Made by a program: the position numbers and the translations under genes | The notes under the pieces: model-generated | Told to the model about the DNA's origin: nothing | Database searches by the model: none | Seen by the model: only the letters and a program-made list of their open reading frames with translations | NCBI GenBank assembly: GCA_016932855.1 | Contig: JAFGCB010000027.1 | Location: 2,721 to 66,720 of the forward strand | Origin: Candidatus Omnitrophota bacterium | GTDB lineage: Bacteria > Omnitrophota > Gorgyraeia > Duberdicusellales > Duberdicusellaceae | Direction of reading: 5' to 3' | DNA length: 64,000 nucleotides | Part shown: positions 38,491 through 49,154 of the stretch, one piece after another | How the letters are laid out: each line of letters starts with the position of its first letter | How positions within the stretch are numbered: the first letter of the stretch is position 1

Positions 38491-39726
38491 ATGCAGTTTG
38501 TAGCAGATTTACACATACATTCCAAGTACTCCCGGGCTACCTCGCCCCAGATGGACATACCTAATTTGGCCAAATGGGCAAAGCTTAAAGGGATAAACCT
38601 TTTGGGCACCGGAGATTTCACTCATCATTTGTGGCTGCAGGAGCTTAAGAAGCATCTGGAGCCCCTGGAAGATAAAGGCCTGTACCGTTATAAAGACATA
38701 TATTTTGTGCTATCAGCCGAGATTTCCAGCATTTATTCTCAATCCGGCAGAGTCTACAGGGTCCATAATGTGGTTTTGGCTCCTTCTTTCGAGGTAGCCA
38801 CAGAAATAAATAAGATGCTTTCCTTTTACGGCAACTTGGCTTCGGACGGAAGACCTATACTGGGGATAAGCTGCCTTAAGTTAGCCGAGGAGATTTCCAA
38901 GATATCCAAAGACATAATGCTTATTCCTGCCCACATCTGGACGCCTTGGTTTTCCGTATTCGGTTCAAGCTCAGGGTTTAATTCTTTGGAAGAGGCTTTT
39001 GGCAAGTACACTTTCGTTATTACCGCTCTTGAAACCGGCCTTTCCAGCGACCCGGCTATGAACTGGCGGCTTTCTAAATTAGATAAATTCAGCCTGGTGT
39101 CTAATTCCGATTCGCATTCGCCCTCGCGAATAGGAAGAGAAGCCAATGTATTTGACTGCGAGCTTGATTATTACACTATAAAAGAAGTGCTTAAGACTAA
39201 AGACACCGGTAAATTCCTGTATACGGTAGAGTTTTTCCCCGAGGAAGGAAAGTATCATTACGACGGGCATCGAAACTGCAAAATCCGGTTTCATCCCAAA
39301 GAAACCAAGGAGCATAAAGGTCTTTGTCCTTCCTGCAAAAAACCTTTGACCAGGGGGGTCTTAGGCAGGGTAGACGAGCTAGCGGACAGAGAAGAAGGTT
39401 TTATTCCAAAAAAGGCAATCCCTTTCAAGAGCCTGGTGTCTTTAGACGAGATTATAGCTGAAGCTAGAGGGGTGGGCAAGAATACAAAACAGGTGGAAGA
39501 AGCTTATATGAATTTGATTTCCGGCTTTGGTTCAGAATTCGAGATTCTTGTAAATTTGCCGGAAAAAGAGCTTGTCTCCGGCATGCCCGAAAGAATCGCC
39601 GAAGGTATTCGCAGGGTGCGCAACCGGCAGCTCAATATCCTTCCCGGCTTCGACGGAGAATACGGCACGATTAAGATATTCAGCGAAGAAGAAAAGAAGG
39701 GGAAAGAGCAACTTACTCTTTTTTGA
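38491..39726 (+). CDS. Endonuclease Q family (PHP domain, TIGR00375/YqxK-like)
   Basis: ADLHIHSKYSRATS, GTGDFTH, PAHIWTPW, ETGLSSD, SNSDSHS, GKYHYDGHR, PGFDGEYG. Confidence 0.88.
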   Translation: MQFVADLHIHSKYSRATSPQMDIPNLAKWAKLKGINLLGTGDFTHHLWLQELKKHLEPLEDKGLYRYKDIYFVLSAEISSIYSQSGRVYRVHNVVLAPSFEVATEINKMLSFYGNLASDGRPILGISCLKLAEEISKISKDIMLIPAHIWTPWFSVFGSSSGFNSLEEAFGKYTFVITALETGLSSDPAMNWRLSKLDKFSLVSNSDSHSPSRIGREANVFDCELDYYTIKEVLKTKDTGKFLYTVEFFPEEGKYHYDGHRNCKIRFHPKETKEHKGLCPSCKKPLTRGVLGRVDELADREEGFIPKKAIPFKSLVSLDEIIAEARGVGKNTKQVEEAYMNLISGFGSEFEILVNLPEKELVSGMPERIAEGIRRVRNRQLNILPGFDGEYGTIKIFSEEEKKGKEQLTLF

Positions 39727-39727
39727 G

Positions 39728-39828
39728 ACACAGATGATCACATTTCTTAGGGTATCGGGCGTGGGGTATAGGGTATCGGGAAAAGAAATACGATGCCCGA
39801 TACGTGACCCGCGATGCCCGATGCCCAG
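39728..39828 (+). repeat. ~100-bp heptamer-hairpin element, copy 2
   Basis: Same 17-bp head, same spacing and GGGTATCGGGAAAAGAA core as copy 1. Confidence 0.85.
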
Positions 39829-39855
39829 AACCCTTATTTATTCTTGTAGAGCGAG

Positions 39856-40347
39856 ATGAAGGCGGCCTTAATATTTTATTCGTTTTCGGGTAATACAAAA
39901 AGAGTTATCGAGCATATAAAAGAAAAACTTGTCTTAAAGAGCATAGAGGTAGAAACTTTTGAAACCAAGCCCCTTTACGAAACAGGAAACTTCTTTAAGC
40001 AATGCTTTGAAGCAGTCAGTAAAACGAAGCCCCTTCTCGCGGGACAGCTTGACTATGATTTGCGGGAATTTGACTTTATACTTGTTGCTTCGCCGGTTTG
40101 GGCCTTCAATATAGCCCCGGCCTTACGCAGTTATTTAGACAAGGCCGAAAATATTAAAGATAAAAAAATATTTTGCCTTTTGACTTACGGAAGCGGTACG
40201 GGTTCTCAAAAGGCCTTAAAGGAACTTAAGGATATTTTAAGGCAAAAAGGGGCTAACCCTGTATCTTCTGTTCTTCTCGCTGGACATAAAACAAAGAATA
40301 AAAATTATTTGGAAGAGAAGCTTAAGGCAGCCGATATCGGGGCATAG
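39856..40347 (+). CDS. Flavodoxin-family protein
   Basis: YSFSGNT FMN-phosphate loop, SPVWAF, TYGSG. Confidence 0.85.
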   Translation: MKAALIFYSFSGNTKRVIEHIKEKLVLKSIEVETFETKPLYETGNFFKQCFEAVSKTKPLLAGQLDYDLREFDFILVASPVWAFNIAPALRSYLDKAENIKDKKIFCLLTYGSGTGSQKALKELKDILRQKGANPVSSVLLAGHKTKNKNYLEEKLKAADIGA

Positions 40348-40408
40348 TATTTTAAAGCGCTGATTGATAATTTTATATTTTGCACCGAGCCATGTTAACA
40401 TAGCCTTT

Positions 40409-40484
40409 GCCCCTGTAGCTCAACAGGATAGAGTACAGGCCTCCGACGCCTGGAGTGGCCGTTCAAGTCGGCCCAGGGGCACCA
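40409..40484 (+). tRNA. tRNA-Arg(CCG)
   Basis: GCCCCTG...CAGGC-CTCCGAC-GCCTG...GTTCAAGT...CAGGGGCACCA. Confidence 0.92.
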
Positions 40485-40487
40485 TAG

Positions 40488-40556
40488 AAGTCGTAAAGAC
40501 ACAAAGCCACCAAGTCACATTTACCTTTGACCTTGTGACCTGGTGTCCTGGTGACC
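40488..40556. repeat. Octamer-repeat hairpin downstream of tRNA-Arg
   Basis: AAGTCGTA AAGACACA AAGCCACC AAGTCACA ... TGACCTTG TGACCTGG TGTCCTGG TGACC. Confidence 0.75.
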
Positions 40557-40560
40557 AAAA

Positions 40561-41046
40561 ATGAATGTAGGGGTAATCGGCGGGTATAGGTGTTCAAAAA
40601 AAGCTTATAAAACCGCTTTTAATCTGGGAAGACTTATAGCTAAGCAAGGCTGGACTTTAATTTGCGGAGGAGGCTTAGGCGTAATGGAGGCGGCTTGCAG
40701 GGGAGCAAAAGAGGAACAGGGCACAACAGTTGGGATTCTGCCGGGATTCGATAAAAGCACAGCAAATAAGTTCCTGGATGTAATAATCCCTACAGGCTTG
40801 GGTTATGCACGCAATATTTTAGTTGTAAGAGCTTGCGACGTTATCGTTGCTGTTAGCGGTAAATACGGCACCTTATCCGAGATAGCCTTTGCCTTGAACG
40901 AAGAAAAAGTAGTTTTAGGAATAGGTACCTGGGATATAAAAGGAGTGCGAAAAGTAAAGAGTCCAAAAGATGCCATAGGCAGAATTAAAAACGAGAAATT
41001 AAAAATGATAAATAAAAAAGAGGAAACGAAAAAACAAGCGCTATGA
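40561..41046 (+). CDS. TIGR00725 / LOG-family Rossmann-fold protein
   Basis: CGGGLGVMEAACRGA, GYARNILV, GKYGTLSEIAFA. Confidence 0.88.
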   Translation: MNVGVIGGYRCSKKAYKTAFNLGRLIAKQGWTLICGGGLGVMEAACRGAKEEQGTTVGILPGFDKSTANKFLDVIIPTGLGYARNILVVRACDVIVAVSGKYGTLSEIAFALNEEKVVLGIGTWDIKGVRKVKSPKDAIGRIKNEKLKMINKKEETKKQAL

Positions 41047-42170
41047 AAAAAGCATGCATCTTGCTCGAAGACGGATTTTACCAGGAAGGCTTAAGCCTGG
41101 GTGCTGATTCAGAGACAATCGGCGAGGTTGTATTTAATACTTCTATGTCGGGCTATCAGGAGATACTGACTGACGCTTCCTATAAAGGCCAGATTGTTTG
41201 TATGACGTATCCCTTGATAGGAAATTATGGAGTAAATCCCCAGGATGTAGAATCTAGCAGAGTCAGGGTGGACGGCTTCATTATAAAGGAAAGAAGCAGG
41301 ATAGTGTCTAGCTGGCGGGCGGAAAAATCTTTAGAAGAGTATTTAAAGCAGAATAATATCGTAGGCATAGACAGCGTTGATACCCGGGCAATAACCAAGC
41401 GCATAAGGGCCAAAGGTTCTATGAAAGGGTTAATTTCCGCGGTAGATTTCGATACAGGCAGCCTTAAAGAAAAATTAGAGCGATTTCCTTCCATTGTCGG
41501 AAGAGACTTGGTAAAGGAGGTGGTCTGTAGAGAATCTTATCTTTGGGAAGAGGCAACTCAGGAAGAAGAGCCTAAAGAAAAGCCAACGGGAACCGTAGCA
41601 GTGATTGATTGCGGCATTAAGTTTAGCATTTTGAGAAACCTGAAAAATTATTTTGAAAAAATCATTGTTCTGCCCGCCGAGGCTTCCTTGGATAAAATTT
41701 TAGAGCTTAACCCGCAAGGCATACTCTTTTCTAACGGCCCGGGCGACCCCGAGCCTGTATCTTACGCAATAGAACTCGGGCGCAAAGTTATAGAGCGATT
41801 AAGAAATAAAGAGCTTAAAGCCGCTGTTATGGGGATATGTTTAGGTCATCAAATTTTAGGTTTGGCCTTGGGCGGCAAGACCTACAAACTGAAATTCGGG
41901 CATCACGGAGGAAATCACCCGGTTAAAGATTTAAAAACGGGTAAAATTGATATCACCTCGCAGAATCATAATTTCTGCCTCGATATCCAAACCCTGCCCC
42001 GGGATTTAGAAGTTACCCACATTAACTTGTACGACAAGACCCCCGAAGGCATGTGTCATAAAAACCTCCCCCTTTTTAGCGTGCAATTTCATCCTGAAGC
42101 AGGCCCCGGCCCCTTTGACGCCAGGTATATATTTGGGAATTTTAAAAAGATGGCTGACAGCCTATCGTGA
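41043..42170 (+). CDS. carA: Carbamoyl-phosphate synthase small subunit
   Basis: GEVVFNT, SNGPGDP, GICLGHQ, TSQNHNF, QFHPE. Confidence 0.97.
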   Translation: MKKACILLEDGFYQEGLSLGADSETIGEVVFNTSMSGYQEILTDASYKGQIVCMTYPLIGNYGVNPQDVESSRVRVDGFIIKERSRIVSSWRAEKSLEEYLKQNNIVGIDSVDTRAITKRIRAKGSMKGLISAVDFDTGSLKEKLERFPSIVGRDLVKEVVCRESYLWEEATQEEEPKEKPTGTVAVIDCGIKFSILRNLKNYFEKIIVLPAEASLDKILELNPQGILFSNGPGDPEPVSYAIELGRKVIERLRNKELKAAVMGICLGHQILGLALGGKTYKLKFGHHGGNHPVKDLKTGKIDITSQNHNFCLDIQTLPRDLEVTHINLYDKTPEGMCHKNLPLFSVQFHPEAGPGPFDARYIFGNFKKMADSLS

Positions 42171-42223
42171 TAAATCCTAGACCCGCAACCTTAAAGGGAC
42201 TTAACTGATTAAAGGACAAAAGA

Positions 42224-45200
42224 ATGCCTAAGAGAACCGATATAAAAAAGATACTTATTATCGGATCAGGCCCGATTATAATAAGCCAGGCCTGCGAGTT
42301 TGATTACTCGGGAACCCAGGCCTGCAAGGCTTTAAGGCAGGATGGCTACAAGGTAGTCCTTCTTAATTCCAATCCGGCGACTATCATGACCGATCCTGAT
42401 TTTGCCGATGCTACTTACATTGAACCCATAACCGTTGAAGTATTAGAAAAGATAATTATCAAAGAAAAACCCGATGCCTGTCTTCCTACCTTAGGAGGCC
42501 AGACCGCTTTAAATATCGCCTTCTCAGCGGCTAAGAAAGGAATTTTTGAAAAATACAATGTGGAGCTTATCGGCGCAAACGCCGAATCTATTGCCAAGGC
42601 CGAAGACAGACAGTTGTTCAAAGACGCGATGCTTGCGGCCGGGATTGATCTTCCCCGATCCAAGGTCGTTTACTCTCTTGAAGAGGCGCAGGAGTGCGTA
42701 AAAGAAATAGGCCTGCCCTGCGTAATAAGGCCGGCCTTTACCTTGGGCGGCACCGGCGGAGGAGTCGCTTTTAACGAGGAAGAGTTCATAAATATAATTT
42801 CCCTTGGTCTTAAGCAGAGTTTGATCGAAGAGGTTTTAATTGAAGAGTCGGTTTTGGGTTGGAAGGAATATGAGCTGGAAGTGATGCGGGATAAAAATGA
42901 TAACGTAGTTATTGTTTGTTCTATAGAGAACTTCGATCCCATGGGCGTGCATACAGGAGATTCAATTACGGTAGCGCCCCAGCAGACTTTGACCGATAAG
43001 GAATATCAAAAAATGCGAACCCAGGCCATAAAGGCCATAAGAACCATTGGCGTAGATACCGGAGGTTCAAATATACAATTTGGGATAAATCCCGAAGACG
43101 GCAGGATGGTGATAATTGAGATGAATCCCCGGGTTTCCCGGTCTTCGGCCTTGGCCTCGAAAGCCACCGGTTTTCCCATAGCTAAGATTGCTGCCAAACT
43201 CGCGGTGGGGTACACCCTTGACGAGATTCCCAATGATATCACTAAAGAGACCCCGGCTTCTTTCGAACCCACCATAGATTACTGCGTGGTAAAAATACCT
43301 CGCTGGGCTTTTGAGAAATTCCCCGAAGCAGACCCTACTCTTACCACATCAATGAAGTCCGTAGGAGAGGTGATGGCAATCGGAAGGACCTTTAAGGAGG
43401 CTCTCCAGAAAGGATTAAGGGGTCTTGAGTCAGGCAAGAACGGCCTGGAGTCCGTTATTGACAGCAAGAGATACAGGGTTCAGCCCCAGGAAGTGGAGGC
43501 CCAGATAAGAGCCCACCTTATTAATCCTAACGCGGAAAGAATTTTTTATATAGCCGAAGCCTTAAGGTTTGGGTTTTCCGTGGACGAAATACACAGCCTT
43601 ACCAGCATAGACAAATGGTTTTTAATTAACATAAAAGAAATAATAGACTTCGAAATATACTTAAGGAGCCACAGGGGCCTGGACGCAAAAACTTTGTCCC
43701 GGGCCAAGGAGCTGGGTTTTTCTGATAAGCAGATAGCCGGCATTTTGAATATCGATGAATATAAAACATATTCTTTTCGGCAGCGGCATGAAATTTACCC
43801 GGTGTATAAACTAGTCGATACCTGCGCCGCGGAATTTAAGGCTTATACCCCCTATTATTATTCTACCTATGAACAGGAAGACGAGACATGGATAAGTCCC
43901 GGCGAGAAAGTGGTAATACTGGGAGGCGGCCCCAATAGAATCGGTCAGGGTATCGAGTTTGATTACTGCTGCGTGCACGCTTCATTCGCTTTAAGAGAGG
44001 AAGGCGTTGAATCTTTGATGGTAAATTGCAATCCTGAGACAGTCTCCACCGATTACGACACATCTAGTAAATTATATTTTGAGCCGGTAACTTTGGAGGA
44101 CGTATTAAATATTACACGCAAAGAAAACCCCAAGGGAGTTATTTTGCAGTTTGGCGGTCAAACCCCTCTTAATTTAGCTCTGGGGCTTGATAAAGCCGGC
44201 ATACCTATATTGGGAACAAAGGCTTCTTCTATCGACGCCTCCGAGGACAGAGACAAGTTTAAAAAACTTCTTAATAAAATAGGCCTTAAGCAGGCTCCTT
44301 CGGGCATCGCCAATTCTTTTTACGAGGCAAAAAAAATAGCCAAGGAAATAGGCTTTCCGGTAATGGTTAGGCCTTCTTATGTTTTGGGCGGAAGAGCCAT
44401 GGAGATAGTCTACGACGAGGAAGTTCTTGAGCGATTTGTAAGAGAGGCAATTCTCGCTTCGCCTAACCAGCCAATCCTAATAGACAAGTTTTTGGAGGAC
44501 GCTATCGAAATAGACGTCGATCTTATCGGAGACGGACAGACCTATGTTATCGCAGGCATACTGGAGCACATAGAAGAGGCGGGCATTCATTCCGGAGACA
44601 GCGCCATGTGCATGCCGCCGTTCAGTCTTCCCGACAGGATGATTGAAAGGATTAGACAGGCTACCTATGATTTGGCCAGGGAGCTTAAAATAGTAGGCCT
44701 TATGAATATTCAATACGCGGTCAAATATGATGAGCCTTATGTTTTAGAAGTAAACCCCCGGGCCTCTCGGACAATCCCTTTTGTGTCCAAAGCAATAGGA
44801 GTCCCCCTTGCCAAGCTGGCTACAAAGGTTATGCTGGGGAAGACGTTGGAAGAATTAGGGTTCACTAAAGAAGTTGAACTTCCTTACACCTGCGTCAAGG
44901 AGTCGGTGTTTCCCTTTAACAGGTTTTCGGGAGTAGATATAATGCTGGGTCCTGAGATGAAATCAACCGGAGAGGTGATGGGAATAGCCGAGGATTTCGC
45001 TAACGCCTATTTAAAGAGTCAAATCGCCGCTTCCCAGAGCCTGCCCAAGGAAGGCGCGGTCTTTATAAGTGTTAAAAACAGCGATAAAAGGTCGATGATT
45101 TTTATCGCTAAAAAGCTCAAAGAATTGAATTTCGAAATTCTTGCCACCCAGGGCACAGCCAAAGCTTTAAGGAATAACGGCATAGAGGCGAGGTCTCTTC

Positions 45201-45463
45201 CCCGGATATCCGAAGGAAGGCCGAATATTTTAGATTACATAAAAGACAAAAAAGTTCACTTAATTATTAATACTCCTTCCGGCAGGATTCCCCGCCAGGA
45301 CGAGATAAAGATACGTTCGGAAGCGGTGAGATTCGGTATATCATGCATAACTACTATCTCTGGGGCTCAGACCTCAGTCAGCGCAATAGAAGTGTTACGT
45401 AAGGACATTATTACCGTAAAGTCCATACAAGAGTATCACCGGGAGCTTAAAAAAATTAACTGA
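42224..45463 (+). CDS. carB: Carbamoyl-phosphate synthase large subunit, copy 1
   Basis: [17 protein letters not shown], two ATP-grasp halves (EMNPR, EVNPR), MGS domain. Confidence 0.97.
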   Translation: MPKRTDIKKILIIGSGPIIISQACEFDYSGTQACKALRQDGYKVVLLNSNPATIMTDPDFADATYIEPITVEVLEKIIIKEKPDACLPTLGGQTALNIAFSAAKKGIFEKYNVELIGANAESIAKAEDRQLFKDAMLAAGIDLPRSKVVYSLEEAQECVKEIGLPCVIRPAFTLGGTGGGVAFNEEEFINIISLGLKQSLIEEVLIEESVLGWKEYELEVMRDKNDNVVIVCSIENFDPMGVHTGDSITVAPQQTLTDKEYQKMRTQAIKAIRTIGVDTGGSNIQFGINPEDGRMVIIEMNPRVSRSSALASKATGFPIAKIAAKLAVGYTLDEIPNDITKETPASFEPTIDYCVVKIPRWAFEKFPEADPTLTTSMKSVGEVMAIGRTFKEALQKGLRGLESGKNGLESVIDSKRYRVQPQEVEAQIRAHLINPNAERIFYIAEALRFGFSVDEIHSLTSIDKWFLINIKEIIDFEIYLRSHRGLDAKTLSRAKELGFSDKQIAGILNIDEYKTYSFRQRHEIYPVYKLVDTCAAEFKAYTPYYYSTYEQEDETWISPGEKVVILGGGPNRIGQGIEFDYCCVHASFALREEGVESLMVNCNPETVSTDYDTSSKLYFEPVTLEDVLNITRKENPKGVILQFGGQTPLNLALGLDKAGIPILGTKASSIDASEDRDKFKKLLNKIGLKQAPSGIANSFYEAKKIAKEIGFPVMVRPSYVLGGRAMEIVYDEEVLERFVREAILASPNQPILIDKFLEDAIEIDVDLIGDGQTYVIAGILEHIEEAGIHSGDSAMCMPPFSLPDRMIERIRQATYDLARELKIVGLMNIQYAVKYDEPYVLEVNPRASRTIPFVSKAIGVPLAKLATKVMLGKTLEELGFTKEVELPYTCVKESVFPFNRFSGVDIMLGPEMKSTGEVMGIAEDFANAYLKSQIAASQSLPKEGAVFISVKNSDKRSMIFIAKKLKELNFEILATQGTAKALRNNGIEARSLPRISEGRPNILDYIKDKKVHLIINTPSGRIPRQDEIKIRSEAVRFGISCITTISGAQTSVSAIEVLRKDIITVKSIQEYHRELKKIN

Positions 45464-45474
45464 GAGGAGAAAGT

Positions 45475-48400
45475 ATGCCAAGAAGAGATGATTTGAAGAA
45501 GATTTTGATAATCGGTTCGGGTCCAATTATTATCGGTCAGGCCTGCGAGTTCGATTACTCCGGAACCCAGGCCTGCAAGGCTTTAAAAGAAGAAGGCTAC
45601 GAAGTGGTTTTAGTTAATTCCAATCCGGCGACTATCATGACCGATCCCGGCATGGCTGACAAGACATATATAGAGCCGCTTACGGTTGAAAGTCTTGAAA
45701 AGATAATTGATAAGGAGAGGCCTGACGGGCTTCTTCCGAATCTAGGCGGCCAGACCGGGCTTAATCTTTCGGCCAGTCTTCATAAAAAGGGAATTTTAGA
45801 AAAATACGGAGTTGAAGTAATCGGAGTCAAGACCGATGCTATTGAGCGGGGAGAAGACCGCATTATTTTTAAAGAAACAATGGCTAAGCTCGATATTCCC
45901 GTGCCCCAGTCCAGCCCCTGTCATTCTGTCGAGGAGGCTGAAGAGATTGCCCAGAGGCTTAAATATCCGGTTGTTCTTCGGCCGGCATATACCCTGGGTG
46001 GAACAGGCGGAGGGGTCGCTTACAACGTAGAAGAGTTAAGGGTTATTGTAAACAGGGGCCTTTCAGCCAGCCTGGTTAATCAAGTTTTGGTTGAGGAGTC
46101 TGTCTTGGGCTGGGAGGAGCTTGAGCTTGAAGTGGTAAGGGACCTGAAGGACCGGAAGATAACAGTATGTTTTATTGAAAATGTCGACGCCATGGGCGTA
46201 CACACCGGCGATAGCTTTTGTGTTGCGCCTATGCTTACCGTCCCTGATAATTTACAGATACGCATGCAGGAGCTTTCATACAGAATTGTAGATGCAATAG
46301 GCGTGGTAGGAGGAACCAATATACAGTTTGCCCATAACCTTGAAGATGACAGGCTGGTAGTTATAGAGATTAATCCCCGCACTTCCCGGTCGTCCGCCCT
46401 TGCTTCCAAGGCTACGGGTTTTCCGATTGCCCGTATTTCAACAAAGCTTGCCGCGGGAAGAACCATGGATGAAATCCCCTATTGGCGGGACGGCACCCTT
46501 GAGAAATATACTCCGAGCGGAGATTACGTCGTGGTTAAATTTGCCCGCTGGGCTTTCGAGAAATTTCCCAAGGCCAAAGATATTATAACTACCCAGATGA
46601 AAGCCGTGGGTGAAGTTATGAGCATCGGCAAGACATTTAAGGAGGCCTTTCAAAAATCCATACGTTCCCTGGAAATAAAACGTTACGGCCTGGGAGTCGA
46701 AAAATTTAAAAAATTAAGCCTTGGCCAGTTAAAAGAAAGGTTAGCCGTAGCATCAAGCGAAAGGGTTTTCTTGATGTACGAAGCCTTACGCAAGGGCATT
46801 TCCATAGAAGATCTCTATAAACTGACCCATATAGGCCGCTGGTTTATACAGGAAATGAGGGAGCTGGTTGAGTTTGAAGAGGAGCTTCTTAAGCTTAAGT
46901 GGGATTCTCTTAATGCGGAAACTTTAGCTAAAGCCAAAGAGTGGGGTTTTTCCGATAAATACCTGGCGGACCTTTTTATGGTAAAAGAAAAAGAGGTAAG
47001 AAAAAAAAGGATCGCTATCGGCAAGAAAGCGTACTTTGATTATGTGCCGGTAAGCGGAGTAAAAAAGGCATCTTATTACTATTCGACCTATATCGGCAAA
47101 GACTTGGTGGATGTTTCTTTCAATAAAAAAATAATGATTTTAGGCGGCGGGCCTAACAGAATCGGCCAGGGCATAGAGTTTGATTATACCTGCGTACACG
47201 CAGCTTTTACCTTGAGGGATGAAGGCTATGAGTCAATTATGGTTAACTGTAATCCCGAGACCGTATCCACCGATTACGATACCTCCAACAAGCTTTATTT
47301 CGAACCGCTTACCGTTGAAGATGTATTAGCTATTTACGAGAAAGAAAAGCCTCTCGGCGTCATTGTCCAATTCGGAGGCCAGACCCCTCTTAATATCGCC
47401 CAGGAATTAAAAGACAGCGGGGTAAATATATTAGGGACGACGCCTGAAAGCATTCGCTTTGCCGAAGACAGGGAGCGTTTTAGAGACAAAATGTTTTCTC
47501 TTCATATTCCCCAGCCTGAAAGCGGAACCGCCCGTTCCTTAGAAGAGGCTATAAAAATAGCCGATAGGATCGGCTATCCTCTTATGGTGCGTCCTTCATT
47601 TGTGCTTGGCGGAAGAGGCATGGAGATTATTTACGATAAACAAATGCTTACAAGATATGCCCGGGAAGCCATTGACGTAAGTCCGGAATACCCCATGCTT
47701 ATTGATAGATTTCTTGAGCAGGCTGTTGAGGTTGAGGTCGATGCCTTGTGCGACGGCGAGAAAACTTTTGTAGCCGCGGTCATGGAACATATAGAATTAG
47801 CCGGGGTGCACTCAGGCGATTCGGCCTGCGTTATTCCCCCTCGTAGCATTAAAGAGGAGCATTTAAAAACCATAGAGGAATATACCGATAAAATTGCCCG
47901 CCAGCTTAAAGTAGTCGGCCTTATCAATATTCAGTTTGCCATATGTGATGATAAGGTTTATATTTTGGAGGCAAATCCTAGAGCTTCCCGCACTGTTCCC
48001 TTAGTTTCCAAAGTAATAGGCGTCCCCGTGGCCCGTATTGCAACCCAGCTTATGCTCGGCAAGAAGATCAAGGACTTTCCTCAACTTAAGAAGCGTAAAG
48101 TTTCTTATGTGGGAGTTAAAGAGGCGGTATTTCCTTTTAACATGTTTCCCGAAGTAGACCCTCTTTTAGGCCCTGAAATGAGAGCTACCGGAGAGGTAAT
48201 GGGTATCGCCGATACTTTCGGCCTTGCTTTTTATAAGGCCCAGGAAGCTGCCGGTTCAAAACTTCCCACCGAGGGCAATGTTTTGCTGACCGTAGCCGAC
48301 AAAGACAAGCCTTACTTACTTTCCATAGCCAAAAAAATAAAAGATTCAGGGTTTGCGATATACGCTACCGAAGGCACCAGCCGCTTTCTTGAAGAGCACG

Positions 48401-48711
48401 GCATAGCCAACAGCCGCATAAAGAAAATACACGAGGGAAGGCCTAACATCGCCGACGCAATCAAGAATAAAGACATCCAGCTTATTATCAACACTCCGGT
48501 CGGGCGCAGCAGCAAATACGACGATAGCTATATCAGGACGATGGCCATACAGTATAAGGTTTCTTATATTACTTCTCTTGCCGCGGCTGAGGCCAGTATT
48601 GAGGGAATCCGGGCCGTAGTAAATCATAAGAGTTATCCCAAGTCGCTGCAAGACTATTACAAAGAATGTAATATTGAAACCCCCAGGCAGACTGTTTCCG
48701 AACGTAACTAA
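45475..48711 (+). CDS. carB: Carbamoyl-phosphate synthase large subunit, copy 2 (divergent paralog)
   Basis: [30 protein letters not shown] domain; distinct IPYWRDGTLEKYTPSGDYV segment. Confidence 0.96.
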   Translation: MPRRDDLKKILIIGSGPIIIGQACEFDYSGTQACKALKEEGYEVVLVNSNPATIMTDPGMADKTYIEPLTVESLEKIIDKERPDGLLPNLGGQTGLNLSASLHKKGILEKYGVEVIGVKTDAIERGEDRIIFKETMAKLDIPVPQSSPCHSVEEAEEIAQRLKYPVVLRPAYTLGGTGGGVAYNVEELRVIVNRGLSASLVNQVLVEESVLGWEELELEVVRDLKDRKITVCFIENVDAMGVHTGDSFCVAPMLTVPDNLQIRMQELSYRIVDAIGVVGGTNIQFAHNLEDDRLVVIEINPRTSRSSALASKATGFPIARISTKLAAGRTMDEIPYWRDGTLEKYTPSGDYVVVKFARWAFEKFPKAKDIITTQMKAVGEVMSIGKTFKEAFQKSIRSLEIKRYGLGVEKFKKLSLGQLKERLAVASSERVFLMYEALRKGISIEDLYKLTHIGRWFIQEMRELVEFEEELLKLKWDSLNAETLAKAKEWGFSDKYLADLFMVKEKEVRKKRIAIGKKAYFDYVPVSGVKKASYYYSTYIGKDLVDVSFNKKIMILGGGPNRIGQGIEFDYTCVHAAFTLRDEGYESIMVNCNPETVSTDYDTSNKLYFEPLTVEDVLAIYEKEKPLGVIVQFGGQTPLNIAQELKDSGVNILGTTPESIRFAEDRERFRDKMFSLHIPQPESGTARSLEEAIKIADRIGYPLMVRPSFVLGGRGMEIIYDKQMLTRYAREAIDVSPEYPMLIDRFLEQAVEVEVDALCDGEKTFVAAVMEHIELAGVHSGDSACVIPPRSIKEEHLKTIEEYTDKIARQLKVVGLINIQFAICDDKVYILEANPRASRTVPLVSKVIGVPVARIATQLMLGKKIKDFPQLKKRKVSYVGVKEAVFPFNMFPEVDPLLGPEMRATGEVMGIADTFGLAFYKAQEAAGSKLPTEGNVLLTVADKDKPYLLSIAKKIKDSGFAIYATEGTSRFLEEHGIANSRIKKIHEGRPNIADAIKNKDIQLIINTPVGRSSKYDDSYIRTMAIQYKVSYITSLAAAEASIEGIRAVVNHKSYPKSLQDYYKECNIETPRQTVSERN

Positions 48712-48747
48712 GCCCCTTATTTTTAAACAATATTTTCCCAAAGAGAA

Positions 48748-49143
48748 ATGAAGGTTGTAAGTGTATCTACTTCCAAGAGGGTTGAGTTTATCGATATTAC
48801 CTCGAGGATAGAAGAGATAATTATCAAGGATAAAATTAATAAAGGGCTCTGCTTTATTTTCTGTCCCCATACAACCGCCGGGCTTACCATCAACGAGAAC
48901 GCCGACCCTTCGGTAAGAAAAGATATTATTGAGCAACTGGAAGATATGGTCCCCTCTGATAAAAGCTACTCCCATTCGGAAGGAAACGCTGATTCCCATG
49001 TAAAAGCTAGCTTGATGGGTTCTTCTTTGAATGTAATTATTGAAGACTCAAGTCTTAAGCTTGGGACCTGGCAGGGGATATATTTCTGTGAATTTGACGG
49101 CCCGCGCAAAAGACAAGTTTATGTAAAGCTGGTCGATTGTTAG
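48748..49143 (+). CDS. yjbQ: YjbQ/UPF0047 family protein
   Basis: HTTAGLTINENADP, HSEGNADSH, LGTWQGIYFCEFDGPR. Confidence 0.93.
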   Translation: MKVVSVSTSKRVEFIDITSRIEEIIIKDKINKGLCFIFCPHTTAGLTINENADPSVRKDIIEQLEDMVPSDKSYSHSEGNADSHVKASLMGSSLNVIIEDSSLKLGTWQGIYFCEFDGPRKRQVYVKLVDC

Positions 49144-49154
49144 AGGAGAATTAA

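Noticed and set aside
39572-39898. Short ORFs with RVSGVGYRVSG / CPIRDPRCPMP periodicity
   Set aside because: Artefacts of translating the heptamer hairpin; likewise the ORF-track extensions of rarA (7906-7968) and rsmI (34065-34106) and the ORF at 40364-40564
40409-40484. tRNA-Arg(CCG) with A37, and as an island integration site
   Set aside because: A37 occurs in other bacterial tRNA-Arg(CCG); no duplicated tRNA 3' end or integrase nearby
48346-48999. 217-aa minus-strand ORF
   Set aside because: Overlaps carB copy 2 and yjbQ on the opposite strand, against the uniform gene orientation, with no motif
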